This document shows, in pieces, positions 13,201 to 30,316 of a stretch of 64,000 nucleotides of DNA (position 1 is the first letter of the stretch; each line of letters opens with the position of its first letter). Below the pieces are notes generated by a model. That model had not been told where the DNA came from and did not search any database. It saw only the letters and a list, made by a program, of their open reading frames with translations. Position numbers and translations under genes: made by a program. Source of the DNA: Neocallimastix sp. 'constans' (taxonomy: Eukaryota); contig JBODTK010000123.1 in assembly GCA_050613775.1 (NCBI GenBank), positions 434,001 through 498,000 on the forward strand, read 5' to 3'.

Positions 13201-15243
13201 CGGAATGACCTTCAAAAGTACGAATACATTGACGAGTATTTAAATCCCAATATTTGATGGTATGATCATCGGAACAAGAGAAAAGATGATCCTTATTAAA
13301 GATTTGAACTTTATTTACCCAGTCTGAATGACCCGTAAGGGTAAAACCACGACCAGAACCAAAATTCCATACTTTAATGGTATGATCTGCACTTCCACTA
13401 GCAAGTATTCTATTATCAAAATGAAGCGTAACAATACCATCAAAGTGACCACTTTCCATGACACGAATACAATGACCTGTTTTTAAACTCCATATACGAA
13501 TGGTTTTATCCATAGAACCCGAAATAATTTTATTCTCATCAAATTGAAGTGCTCTAACACATCGACTATGACCTTCTAATGTAGCGATACACTTTCCGGT
13601 ATCCGTATTCCACATTTTAATCGTATGATCATAGGAACCTGTAATCATTAAAGATCTAGCTTCATCAATTTGAAGACACATAACACTATCCGTATGTCCT
13701 TCAAATATTTTTGTTGAATATCTACCATTTCTCCAATTTCTTTCAACTAATAAACGTTCAGCATATATTTCTTTCCAATGACGTTGATAATGAGGTGTTG
13801 TTTCAACTTTTAATAAAAAAAATTTTTTTTTTGTGTATAATAATAAAATTATTTATTTAATTAAAAATTACCAAATATTAGTTAATAAATTTAGTCTATT
13901 ATAACTTCTATATTTATATAAATTAATTTGTAACATTTGTATCACAATGAATATCACTATATCTATTAAATAAATTGATATTATATATTATCATTATATT
14001 TTTTATTATTGATAATTTTATTAAACTATTTATCTATAAGCATTGTATATGAATGTAATGCAAATTTATTTATTTATTTATTCATTAAATTTAACTTTTA
14101 TTAAATCTCAAAGAATAAATATTATATAAATATATTTGAATTTTTTTTTTTTTCTTATTGTTTATTATTCAAATTATTTAAAAACAATCTTCTAATTTTT
14201 ATTATTATTATTTAATAATATATGCATTTTTTTTTTTTTTTTAAATTTTGGTACATTATAATAATTACTTTTACAGAGTATTAATTTTTTTTTATATATT
14301 TTTGTATATTATATTTTTCTTTTCATTTTTGTACATTTTATTTTATTTTTTTTTGTTGTTGTTGTTTTTGGTGAATTTAATTTTTTTTTTCCATCTATTT
14401 ATATATTTATACTATCTATTTATATTATATATTTAAATGACATATATTTCTTATGAAAAAAAAAAATTGACTTACTTAAATTAGACTGATAATTATTGGA
14501 GGCTTTATTATTATGTGATATAGGATTGATAAGAGAAGTATTCAAACTTTGTGTTGGACTCTTCTTTATTCTTTTATTATTATTATTATTATGGTTATAA
14601 AGAATAAGGTCGTTTGTTGCTTTTCTTTTGGTATTATACATAAGAGGTAAACCCCAACCACAACGTTGACATTTTCCTCCTATATGTCTTTCACACATAT
14701 CTTTCCACACAATATCATCGTCAGAAAGTTCCTTCCAACGTTTAGATACCTGAGCACAGTGACATAGTGATACAGCATCTAAATAGGAAAGTATTTTTCT
14801 AACAATTTCAACGGGTAGATCAGAAAAGAAATCTACTGTTAATAAAGGATTTAATAACTGAGCAAGTATAGAGAGTTCAGTTTTTGAACATTCTTTTAAT
14901 AATCTATTAAAAAATGCTCTTCTAGTATAGGTACTACATGTTTTATAAAAATCTAGAAAATCCTCTATATATTGAAATTGTCTATTATACGGTATAATTT
15001 TGTTATCATTCTTTTTTTTTTTAATTAGAATAATAACATTAACATTAATATATATTATAAAAAAAAATATTATTAATATACAATATTATAAATTATTAAC
15101 ATTATTGTTTCTTTTATTATTTCTTTAATTAATTTAAAAATAAAAATTAAAAGTCCAAAGAAGAAATTTCAATTATTTTTTTTAATTATACTATTTAAAA
15201 AATATATAATAATTAAAAATAATACCTTTGTATTTTCAAACAT
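9504..15243 (-). CDS. MET30: F-box/WD40 SCF substrate receptor of the Met30/SconB/Scon-2 family, ~1534 aa
   Basis: Exons 15243-15226 (MFENTK), 15010-14476, 13806-10468, 10351-9929 and 9793-9504, all GT-AG; 4605 nt in frame. F-box DFFSDLPVEIVRKILSYLDAVSLCHCAQVSKRWKELSDDDIVW is followed by the Met30/SconB signature MCERHIGGKCQRCGWGLPLM, then WKEIYAERLLVERNWRNGR and GH...WD repeats. The start exon is less certain than the rest. Confidence 0.88.
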
Positions 15244-18200
15244 AGAAGTAAATATTATTTTGTATTAAATATAAAGTGCTTGTAAAAGTAAAAAAAAAAA
15301 AAATAAAAAATAAATGCTTAAATTATTATAAAAATGGTATTACTATTTTACTTTTTTATATATATTTTAATTATTATATTTTAATCCAATAAACTCTATT
15401 GTTTTCTTGTATTGTATTCCAGTTTAAATTGTCCAAATTTAATTTATGTACTTTGAATGTATATATATGATAAAAATTGATTTATACAAATAAAAATATA
15501 TATTTTTTTCTTTTTATAAATAAATAATAATTTTTTTTATTCAAAAAACTTTGTTTCCATGAAGCATAATCAAATCTTTTAATATTTTCCTAATTTTATT
15601 ATGTTTTTTTTTCTTTACTTTGTTCTTTTTTTTTATGCTTTGAAATTATATTACTTTCTTTTATTAGTAAAGAAGGTATTAATATATCCAATAAATTGTT
15701 TGATTAGTGATGGGTTAAGAACAAATTCTTTCTAATGCTTTAAAATAGATAATGTTTTTTTTTTTTTTTTTCATTCAAATATTCTAAATTTAAATAAATA
15801 AAATATTAACAAAAATATATATTTGTTGTATTAAATAAAGAAAAAAAAAAGGTTATTTTTAATTTTCAAAGTATATTGAATTAATTTTAAATATATTTAA
15901 TGTAAAAAGATCTTTTTAATTTTTTTTTTCTTAATTTAATTTTTTTTCTTTCCTTTTTTTTTTAAAAAAAAAAAAAAAAAAAAATTATACTATTTTATTT
16001 TATTTTTCTAATTATATAAAATTATATATATTATTTAATGCATAAGCTGTTATTATTGTTATTATTATTATTATGTAACATATACTATCTTTATTATTAT
16101 ATATATTATTTTTTAAAAAATTATAATTAAAATAAAATAAAAATAAAAATAAAATATATTTTTTGAAAAATAAATAAATAAAAATAAAAAATTTAATTTT
16201 AATAAATTATATTAATTACTATATATTGTAATGTATTTCAATATATTATTATAATATCCATATATATTAAAAATTAACTGATATTATATGATAAATGAAT
16301 AAAATAATTATCTAATATGATTTAACCCTCTTGAAATGAAAACTTCATATTGACTAAACTTTAATATTTATATTGTAATTAACATTAAATATAATTGTAA
16401 TCATATATTACACTATACTATAATATATATGTATAATATATTAAAATTATAAATAGAGATGACTAACTCTATATATATCAATTGAATGTAATGCTAATAT
16501 ATGAATAATAAATAGAAATAAATAAATAAATTTACCTGAAAAACAAAAAAAATTTTTTATTTTTTTTTATTTTATAATTTTCTATATTATTATTTTATAT
16601 GAAATAATATGATGGTAATATGAAAAATAAATAAAAATATAATAAAAATAAGAAAGTGTATTTATTTATTAATATTATATAAGAAAAGTGTTTGAATGAT
16701 TAGTAAAAAGATATAAAATATATATATAATAGAAGGTTTTGTATAAAAATTATATATTCTATAATATCTTTGATAGGGATTATATGAATTTTATTGAAAT
16801 TATCTTTTTTTTTTTTATTTATTATTTAAATTATTATTATTATGTAATAAATTTAAATTGAATTCTAATAATAATAAAAAAAAAAAAGTTAGGCCTTAGA
16901 TTCCGCTAATTAATAATGATTCTCCATTTATATTCTAATTTTTTTTTATTTACTATATTCAATTATTTATTAATCAATTATTCAACTATTTATTATTTTT
17001 ATTTATTAATTATTTATTAATCAATTATTCAATTATTCAATTATTATTATTCAATTATTCAATTATTATTATTCAATTATTCAATTATTCAATTATTTAT
17101 TATTCAATTATTGCTTATTTATTATTTATTATTTATTACTTAAATAATAATTAATATTTAGTAATCCATTCTACTTAATAATTTTTTTACTTACTTCAAT
17201 TTAATTCGTTGAATATCGACTGTTTATTAGTAATGAGAGGTTATAATTTTTTAACTCTTTTTTTTTTATTAATATTAAAATTTAAATAAAATGTAATTTA
17301 TATATAGTTTCTATAGTATTTATTATATATATATATATATATATATTTTATAATATATTTGTAATATATATTATAAGAGAAAAAAATTAGTTAAATATTT
17401 TTATTTCATTTTTTTTTATTTAAATGATTATATATATATTTTATATAATATATAAATATATTTTGTTTTATATAAATATATTCTTATAAATATATTCTGT
17501 TATATATAAATATATATTCTTTTATGTTTTTAAATATTTAATATTAATTTTGTTATTAGTTGATGTTTTATTCAAAGAATGGTTTAACCAACCATAAATA
17601 GGATTAACGCAAACTCTTTATTCTTTACAAACTAACTAAAAATTAATAAAAATAAAAAAAAAGTGGAGAATTTTTTTTTTTTTTGGTTTTGATTTTGATT
17701 TTGAATCTTTAAATGTAAAGTTCAGTTAAAATCATTAAAACATAAATTGAAAATTAAAAATTAATAGAATAAAAATTAAATAAAAAAGTTTTTAAATTCT
17801 TTCTTTATATTTTGCTTTTTTTTTTTCAAATATTTTCTGTAAATTTAGATTTTAATTTAAGATTTTAGAATTTGTAATTTAAATTTTAGAATTTTGAATT
17901 TTGTATAATAAAAATATAAAAATAATATTAATAATAATAATAAATTTAAAATATTCTATATTCTATAATTTATATATAATATTTTTTTTTTGAAAACTAT
18001 TATTTTATGCATTTGATTTAAATTAATTAACCATTTTTCTTTTATAATATATAACATTAATTTTGTTTTTATTTCTTGTTAATTATAATTATTATTATTT
18101 TATTATTTTTATTAATGAATAAAAGAATTATATATATATAGTTATTAATGAAATAGAGATTAACCTTTTTTTTTAAATTGAAAACATAATTTTATCAAAA

Positions 18201-18411
18201 AAAAAATATGTTTATATGTTTAATTATTTATAATACTAAATGTAAACTTTAAATGAAACAAAAAAAAAATTTTTTTTAAACATATAGTTTATAAAAGTAT
18301 TTTATTATTAAAACTAGTTTGTTGATATTTTTAATATTTCGTTTCTTTTATTATTTCTTTTTATCTCTTTGTCTTTTTTTTTTTTTTTTTTTTTTTGCAT
18401 TATTTTACTAC

Positions 18412-18451
<40 letters not shown>

Positions 18452-20058
18452 TTATTTTAATTTTTAATCGTATTTAACGTTATTGCTGTAAAATTATATT
18501 TTATTTTTACTAGTATATTATGTATTGTATATGTAATATTTTTTTTATTTTAATTTTATATATATATATTATAAAAAATACATATAGACAGTTCTATTTA
18601 ATTATTATAAAAATTTTATACTTTATAAAGGATAGATACATTTAAAATAAATATATATAATATAGTTTTAACGTGTTTTTTAGACTTTTATTTATTAATT
18701 ATTAATTTATTATTAATTATTTACTAGTTATTAATTAATAAGAAAAAAATTTAAGTAAAAATAAAAAAAAAAAAAAAATAAATAAAGTCTTTTATTATTA
18801 TTTTTATATTTTTTTTTTAAAAAATAAAAAAGAGAGGAAAAGTATTATATTAATCTATCTTTTTTTTTTTTATCTAATAGTAAATAACTTTATTCAAGTT
18901 AAAATATATTTAATATCTCATTAATTAAAAATAAAAATAAAAATAAATAAAAAAATTTATTATATATCTTAATATTTATTTCTTATTTATTCTTTAATAT
19001 ATAATAAAAACGTTTTTATTATTATTATTACTAAAGTATAAAATATAAAATTATAAAATTATAAAAATGTAAAAATATTAAAATATTAAAATATTATGGA
19101 GTTTGAAGATGATTAAGCATTTCTTTATTTAAAGAATTAAAGTTTCATTCCTTTTATCATATAAAAAAAATAAAATTATAATTATTATTAATAAAAAAAA
19201 ATGAATAATCATAATAATCTTTTTTAATTATTATTATTAATTATTATTATTAATTATTATTATTATTTATTTATTTATTTATTTATTTGTACCTCTTTTT
19301 CTTTTTTTTTTTTTTTCTTTCTTTTTTTCTTTTTCTGTAGACAAAATATATTTTTTTTTGTCATTCATTACAAAAAATTAAATAAAAATATTTCCATTCA
19401 ATTCAATTATATTTATGAATATATTAAAATATAAATAATTAAAATTAAATTTGATGTAGTTATAATTATTATATTTTTATTTTATTAGAATATATTATTA
19501 ATATATTGCCACCAAAATTTTTAATGCTATTAAAAAAATTTAATAAGATTAGTTAATAAAAATTATATATTAATCAATATATATTAATAAATCTATATTA
19601 ATATTAATACAAAAATATTAATATAAAAATATTAAATATAAAAGTTTAAATGAAATAAAATAAAAAAAAAGAATATTTATTTTATTTTATTACCAAGATC
19701 ATTGGAAAATAAATAAGCTAATTATTAGTTGATTCTGTATTCTGTAGGAAATTGTTAACCCATTTGACAACTTGGACTTTAAAAAATATAGAAAGTATAA
19801 AAAATAGAGAAAAATATATAGAAAATATAAGATAATATAGAAAATAGAGAAATATAGAAAAATATAGAAAAATAAAGAAAAAGTATATAAAAATATATAC
19901 TATAGAAAAGTATATTCAATAGATAAGATATAAAAATATGAATTATGGTTAATAATCAAAATTAGAATTATTAGAAATATTATAATTTGTTTTGAATAAA
20001 ATTATATAACATTTATTTATTTAAACTTTTATTTTTTTACTCTATACTATTACAACGG

Positions 20059-20097
<39 letters not shown>

Positions 20098-21185
20098 CTT
20101 TAAATTATAATAAACATTTTTACTTCATTAAATAAAATAATTTCTATAAAAAAAAAAAGAATATATATCATCTATATATATATGACTATCTATTTTTATA
20201 GAATCATTCATCACCAATGATGTTTCAAATAGTAATAACGTGATTTACTCTATTGAAGCGTATATATGAATAAGGATAAAAACTAAATGGAAAAATTTAT
20301 TATAAAAATTCTATTATAACCTAACCAATTAATTAAAATTAAAAAATGAGACTACACTAATAAAATAAATTTTAATTAAAAACACTATAGAATTAGTACA
20401 TATAGCAGATTACAATAGATAATATATATGATAATATATGTATTAGTATATAAAAAGCCATAAAAATGGACAATCATCAGGTAAAAAAAAAAATTATGTA
20501 AAGTCAATTATTTTTAATTTTTTTATTATAAAAAAAAATTAAATATAAAAAATATAAATATCTTTAATAACTCTGCATTTTGTATTTTAATATATAAATA
20601 AATTATAAACAAAATATTTTTACTATTTTATTATCATCTTCATAAATTATTTTATTTATTTACTATTTATTATTTATTTATTTATTATTAATTATTTATT
20701 ATTTATTTATATAATAATTAGTTATTTATTAAATAATTAGTGATTATATGGATAAATTTAATCTATTTAATTAATTATATTTGTTTATTCATTTATTTAT
20801 TTATTTATTTATTTATTTATGTAATAATTAGTGATTATATGGATAATTTTAATCTAATTAAATTAAATTTGTTTATTTATTTATTATTACTATTATTTAT
20901 TTATTTAAGTGTTGATCTACTTATATATGCACTTATCTATTTATAAATTTATCTACTATTATAGGTAATTATCTATTTATTTGTTATGGGTATTTCTATC
21001 AACTTGGTTAAATCATAATGATTTAAACCATAGCAAATAAAGATGATTTAAATTTGTACTCTGTCAATGTTTATAATATTTCTTTTTTTTTTATTAATTT
21101 ATTTAATTATTTATTAATTTATTTAATTATTTATTAATTTATTTATTTATTTATTTATTATTATTTTACTATTTATTTATTTATT

Positions 21186-21222
<37 letters not shown>

Positions 21223-21944
21223 TTTATTTATTTATTATTACTTATTACTTTGTCTATTTAAAAAATAAATTATATTCATTTTATGTAATCATTTTACTTA
21301 AATCCTAATTAAAAATTCCAAAAAAAAAAATTTTTTTTTTGATAAAAGAATAAGATGGTTTTATCTCTATCCTAGCAATTTTAATGTAAATTAAGTATTA
21401 TTCTCTTATTTAATTATTTATTATCTATTATTCAATTATTCAATTATTCAATTATTTATTATTCAATTATTTATTATTTAATTATTTATTATTTATTATT
21501 TATTATTCATTTATTTATTTATTATTCAATTATTTATTATTTAATTATTTATTATTTATTATTTATTATTTATTATTTATTATTTAGTATTTATTATTTA
21601 ATTATTTATTTTATTATTTAATTATATTTATTTACATCTTAGAGATGATAGTATAAATAATAATAAAATTAAATTTTTCATCCAATTAAAAAAAAAATTA
21701 AAATAAATATGTCAATGTTGAACATTTATATTAATATTTTATTTGATATTTATATTAGGATATATGTATTGACTCTATACAATTATATATATAAATACAG
21801 TTATATATATAAATATATATATAAATAATATATTCCATTTAATTAATTTGTTCTATTTTATACTTTTTTTTTAAACCTTAATTTCTACAAAAAGACAAAA
21901 AAGATAAAAAAGACAATATATATAAATAAACTAATTATTATTAT

Positions 21945-22268
21945 TCATTATTTATTATTTATTATTTATTATTTATTATTTATTATTTATTATTTATTAT
22001 TTATTATTTATTATTTATTATTTATTATTTATTATTTATTATTTCTAATTTATTATTTATTATTTATTATTTATTATTTATTATTTATTATTTATTATTT
22101 ATTATTTATTATTTATTATTTATTATTTATTATTTATTATTTATTATTTATTATTTATTATTTATTATTTATTATTTATTATTTATTATTTATTATCAAT
22201 TATTTTATTATTTATTATTTATTATTTATTATTTATTATTTATTATTTATTATTTATTATTTATTATT
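21945..22268. repeat. (TTATTTA)n heptamer satellite
   Basis: Long near-perfect 7-bp tandem run. Related arrays lie at ~16960-17140, 21420-21620, 23615-23770 (opposite orientation) and 24285-24410. Confidence 0.85.
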
Positions 22269-25200
22269 TTTAGTGAAAAAAATATATGAAATGGAATTAA
22301 AACGTTTTAACTTTTTTTTTTTAAAAAAAAAAAAAAAAGAAAATTAAAACTTTAAAAATCTTAATTCTAATCCTCTGTAATTTTATTTTATTTTAATTTT
22401 TTATTATAATTTTAATAATTAAACTTTCTTCTCTTTCTCTATTATTAATACTGTGTTAAGACCATCATCAACTTTAACCTTATTATAGTATTCTATTATT
22501 TATATATATATATATATAAAAAAAAGATCAAATTAAAGTCTTTTCTTAATATGATTTGATGTTAAAATAATTAATAGTAATAATTATAGAATATCAAGTT
22601 AAAAATAAATGTTAAAATATAAACATTAAATATTAATATAAATTAAAAAGTAAAATTACAAAATGGAAATAAATAATAGATAGATAGAAATAATAAGTAG
22701 ATAGAAATATTAAATGTATCTTTATAATGAATAAATATATGATAATGGTAATAAAATAGATAGTAATAAGTGAATGGAAATAGTAATAAATAAATTAAAA
22801 TTAGCAATTAATGATCTGATAATTAGTTAAATTGGTAGAGAACCAGACATAATGCTTAATAATGTATGATCATCCATAAAATTGTCGATGTCATCGATAT
22901 AAGAATTAAAACAAAAAATAAAAAATTAAAAAAAATATTTAATATCAATAGCATAGCAATCTGTGTATTATTATCATTTTAATAATATTATTTGAAGTTG
23001 GTTCTTTAAATATTATTATTTATCATTAATTATTTTATGTATTATTTATTTATAAAATTATTATATATATATTTATTTATATACTTATTTATTTATTCAT
23101 TTATATATATTTATTTATATAATTAATTAATTATTTATTAATTTATTCTTCTATCTATATTTATTTATTTATTTATTTTATATAAATATATTTTTTTAAA
23201 TGATTATTATATAATTAAATTTTGTGGTGATTTATTTTTTTTTTTCTTATGACGATTGAATGGTTTAAATATTTAAATATTTCATCATTTTAGTTTTCGA
23301 CTCTTGAAGAACTGAAATGTATTGGATAAAAATTGAGTCAGTTTTTTTTTTTTTAAATTTTAATTTTTAATTATTTGAAGTTTTTTAAACTAAATTTTTT
23401 TTTATTTATTTCATTTTTTTTTAATATTAAACCCTTTTTATTTTTACTTATATATTTACTTATATATTTACTTATTTATTTATTTATTTATTTATTTTTA
23501 TATATAAGTATTTATATATTTTTATTTATTTTATTTTATTTTTTCAATTTTCCATTTTTTCCATCTTTTCCTGTCCCACTTAACAACTCATCAAATCATT
23601 AAAATACAACAATGTCATAATAATAATAAATAATAAATAATAAATAATAAATAATAAATAATAAATAAATAAATAATAAATAATAAATAATAAATAATAA
23701 ATAATAAATAAATAAATAATAAATAATAAATAATAAATAATAAATAATAAATAATAAATAATAATAATAATAGAATAGAATAGAAAAACGAAATAAAGTA
23801 AAATTAGAATGTTAGTGTCAAAATTTATTATCAATATTGAAATTACTATTAATTATGTGATTTTATAATTAATAATAAACTAATATTCTTATTAAAATTC
23901 ATATAATAACAAATAATTAATTAATATCTAAATAAAAAAAATAAATATTATATAAATAAATATTAAATATTTATATAAATAAATAAATAATACTTATATA
24001 AATAAATAATAAATATTTATATAAATATTCATTAAAAAAAAAAACATCGTTTTACCCATTCCTATATAAACATCCATATAAGTTTATATATGGGATAATA
24101 GAACTGATCTATTATAAGGAATTATTTATTAATTTATATTTATTTATATTTATTTATATTTATTTATATTTATTTATTTATTCATTCATTCATTTTTATT
24201 AAATAAAATAAAAATAGGCTATTATAAAAAAATAGTGAATAATAAAAAAGTGCCCTAAATATTTTATACTAAAAGTATTACTTTATTATTTATTTATTAT
24301 TTATTATTTATTATTTATTTATTAATTTATTATTTATTATTTATTTATTATTTATTATTTATTATTTATTTATTTATTTACTATTTATTTATTTATTATT
24401 TATTATTAATTATTTTTTTTTAATGAAAATGTATCAATAATATTTTAAAAACATTTATATTTTTATATTTATTATGTTTTACATTTCCATTTATTTATTT
24501 ATTATTTTTTTTTGTTTTCCCATCAATTTTATATACAATTATTATATATTATATATTTATTAAATATTTATTAAATATATATATAAATAAAGAATAGCTT
24601 AAGTTATGGTAAATGAAAGAAACCTCTTCTGGTAATTACCCCACCCTGATGAGGGGATTGACATTCACCTCCACAAAAAAAAAAAAAAATAATATATATA
24701 TATATATAATTTAATAAGGAGCTTTAACCACTTCAGCTAATATAAATAGCTAATATAAATTGTCAAAAAGTAGGATATAAATAATAATAATAATAATAAT
24801 ATAAATAAAAAAGATTATATAATAATAATAATAATAACATCATAATAAACAAATATAATTCAAAAAAAAAAAAAAAATAATTAATATGTAAATAAATAAT
24901 AAAATAGTAAATAAATATATAACCATAAATATAAATAATAGTAATAATAATAATAAAAGATCATATAATCATAAATATATAAATAATTAATAAATAAATA
25001 AATAATGTGAAAAATAATAATAAATGAATAATAGCAATATATAAATAAATAATCCCAGTTAAAATGGTCATAATGAAAGAATTTGAAGAATTCACCAGAT
25101 TTTTATTGCTTTTTTTTTTTTTTTTGTATAGATTAATATCATATTTATAAATTAAAAAAATTTTAATTTTTTTATATATAATGTAAATAGATAATAAAAT

Positions 25201-25426
25201 TGACTTTTATACAATTTACATATATACTTTTAGTATCGTCTTATGATATAATTTATTTTATAAAGTTTTCAAAAAAAAAAAAAATTTTTTTCTTCTTAAT
25301 GGCTTTTAAATACATATATCGAAATATATATCTATATATGGACCACATAACCATTAATAATCTTAAATAACTATTTTATTATCTATTTTTTCCATAACTT
25401 CTTTTATCCCTTAATTTTTAAAATCA

Positions 25427-25468
<42 letters not shown>

Positions 25469-26299
25469 TAATAATTAATTTTTAATATATAAATATATTT
25501 TTTTGTTTTTCAATTATTTTCAAAAGTTTATATTAATAATGAATATAAAAATCTAAAAAAAAAGAAAAAATTGTTATTTATTACATGGATTATTGGTCAT
25601 TTATTTACTTCTTATTGATTTCAATTTTTTTTTTTTTTTTTTTTTTGAAAGTTTATTATTTATTATTTAATTATTATTTATTTAATTATTTATCTATTTG
25701 ATTATTATATTTATCTATTTAATTATTATTATTTATTTAATTATTTGAATTATTTGAATTATAATTTATAATTAATTTTTGATCAATTTTAATAATAATT
25801 TAATCAATAGTTATTTAATAATTTAAATTATTATTATTATTTTTTACCATGAATTGATTAGTTTAATTCCATAGGTTAAGTTTATTTTATTTTATTTTTG
25901 TTTTATTTTTTATTTTTTATATGTATGTTTTGTATTGTTTTAATATTTTTCCTTAATATATATATAAGGGTATTTAAAAGGATAATAATTAATATTATAA
26001 TAATTATTAAAGTATTAGTGATGGTAATAGACATAAAAATAGATAAAAATAGTGTGGAAGTCAATTAAAATATATCGAAAACAAAAACAAAAAATAAAAA
26101 TAAAATAAAATTATAAAAAAAAAATAAAAATAAAAATATAGAATAAAAATATTAAAGATGTCTTATAATAACAATATATTTAATTTCTATTGAAAATATT
26201 TATATTCCGTTTTTGATCTATAAATTAAATAACAAAATTAAATAATATCTAAAATGTTCCATGAAAATATATTGAAATATAAAAATTTATATAAAAATT

Positions 26300-26336
<37 letters not shown>

Positions 26337-27215
26337 TTTTCTTTTTTTTTTATTTAATTTCATTATATTTCATTAAATATCATTTTCATAGATTAACATT
26401 TTTATTTTTAAAAATAAAATAAAGAAATAATTATTAAAAAAAAAAATTCAAATTTTGTCCATCTAATGGATACGGGAAAAAAAAATTTTTTTATTATCTT
26501 TACTTTCTATTTTTAAATAAATAAATAAATAAAAAACTTTCAATTTATTATTTTTTTCTTCCTTTTATTCTTTTATCCTTTTCTTTTATTCTTATTCTTA
26601 TCCTTATATATTATTTTCTTCTTTAAATTTTATAAAAATATCTTTAAAGTACTAATCAAAAAAAAAAAAAAAAAAAATCAAAAAAAATCAAAAAACAATA
26701 AAAAAAATTTTTTTAATAATCAGAATAATCAGAATAATCAGAATAATTAAATAATAAATAAATTAAAATGATTGTTAATTCAAAAACTAAGCGATTATTT
26801 CATCTGAATCCTATAATTTTTCTTCTGTCACTTTTTATTATATTTTATTTTTTTTTTTATTATATTTTATTTTATTATTCAATAATTTATTATTTATTAC
26901 TTTTATTATGATTTTGAAATATTTATATTAAAATTAAAAAAATATATAAAAAATTTATATATAAAAAATAAAAAAAAAAAAAAAAACTTTAAATCTATTT
27001 CTGTTTACCGTAAATTAAATTAAATTAAATTAAATTAAATTAAATTAAATTATGCTAAAATATAAAATTAAAAAAAAAAAAAATTTTTTTTATTATATTT
27101 GATAAGGTGAAGTTTCATTACTTCACTTTCTAATTTTTTAATTTCTAATTTCAAAATTATATTTATATTTATTATTTATATTTTTATTTTAAAGTAAAAA
27201 AAATTAACAAATTTC

Positions 27216-27253
<38 letters not shown>

Positions 27254-27653
27254 TTGCTTAACGATTAATCAAAAATCAACTAATAATTTTATATTAAAGT
27301 AAAAATAAATAATAATAATAAATAATAGAATAAATAAATCAATTAAATTAAATTAAAAATTTAATAATTAAATAATAATTAAAAGAGAGAGAAATAAATA
27401 AATAAATAAATAAAAAGAGTAACTAATCAAATAATATAAAATTTATGTTTAAAATAATAATAAAAGAAATAATTATTTTAATTAAAAAAGAAATAAACAA
27501 ACAAATGAATAAACGAATAAATAAAAAACCCCGAAAAAAAAAAGTAGAGTGGATAGAAAATATTAAAATTATAAATATTAATGGTAATAATAATTATTAT
27601 TATTAATGATTAATTATTACTATTATTGAGTATTATTAATGATTAATGATTAA

Positions 27654-27686
<33 letters not shown>

Positions 27687-28316
27687 TATTATTATTTATT
27701 ATTATACATAATTATTAATTTTTGTTATGCTATGTTTTATTTTTTGTTTTATTTTTTTATTTTTATAATTTTTTTTTTTGACTCTGTCAAAAAATTCATA
27801 GGATGGATAAAACCGTAACCGTTTTTACATATATATTATATAAAAAAAAATTAAAAAAAAATTATTATTATTATTATAATTACTATTTATTTATTTATTT
27901 TCATTCTCATTAAAATAATTAATTCATTAATAACAATAATAAAGAGTAATAATAATTGATAAAATTAATAATGATAATAAAAGTAATAATAAAAAGTAAT
28001 AATGATAATAATTATAATAATTTTTTTTTTTTTTTTTTCATATGAAGTAATAAATAACAAATCATAAAAATCATATAAATAAAAATAATAATGGTCAAAA
28101 CTATATCACTCTAAGGAGTCAAATTATTTTTTTTTCTTTTCTTTTTTTTTTTTTAAATAATAAACCTATATAAAAATAATAATAGATAAATATAATAATA
28201 ATAATGATAATGATTAAATATATTATATTTTTTTTTTTTAAAAAAAAATTATATCAATTTGACTTTTGAAAAATTTTTCTTTGATTGATTGATACTGCAA
28301 TTATATTGACCATTGC

Positions 28317-28437
<121 letters not shown>

Positions 28438-28709
28438 AATATTATTTATTCTTAATATATTAAATTTATATATAAAAAAAATAAATAAAAAAATATATTT
28501 ATTTTTTAATAATATAATTAAATATAAATATATATTATCATTATAATTAGTATTACTATTTACTATTATATGTGATTATAAAGTATAACCATTACATAGA
28601 TTTATTTGACTCCCTAAGGATGCTAAATTTATTCATTTTTCATACATATAATTATAAATTATAACTATAATAGTTAACAGAATCAAATACTATGAAGGAT
28701 AATTTTAAA

Positions 28710-28766
<57 letters not shown>

Positions 28767-28988
28767 AGCAATAACCAATAAATAAAAAAATAATTTCTCT
28801 ACTAAAATTATTATTATTTTATTTTTATTAAAAAAGTTTTTCATTAGTAAAAGTCTATTAGAAAAAAAAAAAAATTGATAAGAAAAATGATAGAGGAAGG
28901 ATAGGAAAAATTAACTTTAATTTTTTATTTTTTACTTTTTTATATATTTTATTTATTTTATTTATTTTTTTAATCTATTTATTGATCT

Positions 28989-29019
<31 letters not shown>

Positions 29020-29713
29020 GAAAATAAAGTTTACTTTAATAAAAAACTAATAAAATATAATATAAAAATAAAAAAAAAAAACATAGATAATCAAACTTTA
29101 AGTTAATTTTTTTTTTTTTTCTATCAAACTTTTATTTATTTTTTTTTCCTTTTATCATTTTCATTATTATTATCATTATTTTTTTATAATAATAATAATA
29201 ATAATAATAATAAATTATAATTTTAATTATTAATATTATTTTATTATATTTATAATATAAAAATTGATAAATTATTGATAACTTTTTTTTTTTTTTTTTT
29301 TATTAGATACAAGGTTATTCATTATTTTTAATAATGTCTAATAAATTTATCCAAAGTTAAGGTTTAATTCTAAAAACGTTTTAAATTAGAAACTTTAAAA
29401 AAAAAAAAAAAAAAAGAGATCATATTAACAAGAAATTGAAAGATTATTAACAATTATTTTTATTTGTTTATTTATTTTTTCAAAAAAGAAATATATATAT
29501 TTGCTATTAATAAAAAATAAATTAATAATAATACGAAAAGCTTATTTTTATTTTTATATTTATTTTTTTTTTTAACAAATATGATCTTTTTTTTTCTTTA
29601 ATTAAAAATATTATTATCAACATTTCTTATTCATTTCTTATTAAAGATTCTCCCTTTAAACCCTATAATTTAATATAATTTAAGAATACTATTATTAATT
29701 TAATATGATCTCT

Positions 29714-29759
<46 letters not shown>

Positions 29760-29825
29760 CTTAATAATAAAATCTTCTCCCTATTAAGAGGATAAGGTTA
29801 ATTATACATTATAATTGATGAATAA

Positions 29826-29856
<31 letters not shown>

Positions 29857-30041
29857 TTAGTTCATAAAAAATTAAAAGGGTTATTATATTTTTTTAAATA
29901 AATTTCATTCATTTATCATTTATAATAATTTATCATATATAAAAATTATTATCAGCTATCCTATCTTTATTTAATTGTTTATCCTATTTTTTAAATTTTT
30001 TTTTTCCAAGATTATCCTACCTACAAGAGTATCCAAGAAAG

Positions 30042-30079
<38 letters not shown>

Positions 30080-30137
30080 AAAAAAGATAAAAATATTGAT
30101 AAATAAATAAATAAATAAAAATATTGAATAATAATAA

Positions 30138-30204
<67 letters not shown>

Positions 30205-30316
30205 AAATAAGAAAATAAAACAAAAAAAAAAAAAGATTTTATATTCCTTTATTCCTCTCTCTCTCTCTCTCTCTTTTTTTTTTTTCTTCTCCTAACCACT
30301 TTTTAATGGTTAAAAC

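Noticed and set aside
10460..13681. Treating the 1073-aa ORF, 14420-14710 and 9504-9713 as separate genes
   Set aside because: They splice in phase into one MET30-like gene; the ORF ends run through GT donors.
22815..22870. tRNA-like D-arm (TAGTTAAATTGGTAGAG)
   Set aside because: No anticodon stem, T-arm or acceptor pairing.
24625..24675. Hammerhead ribozyme at CTGATGAG
   Set aside because: No correctly placed GAAA with a pairing stem II, and no stem I.
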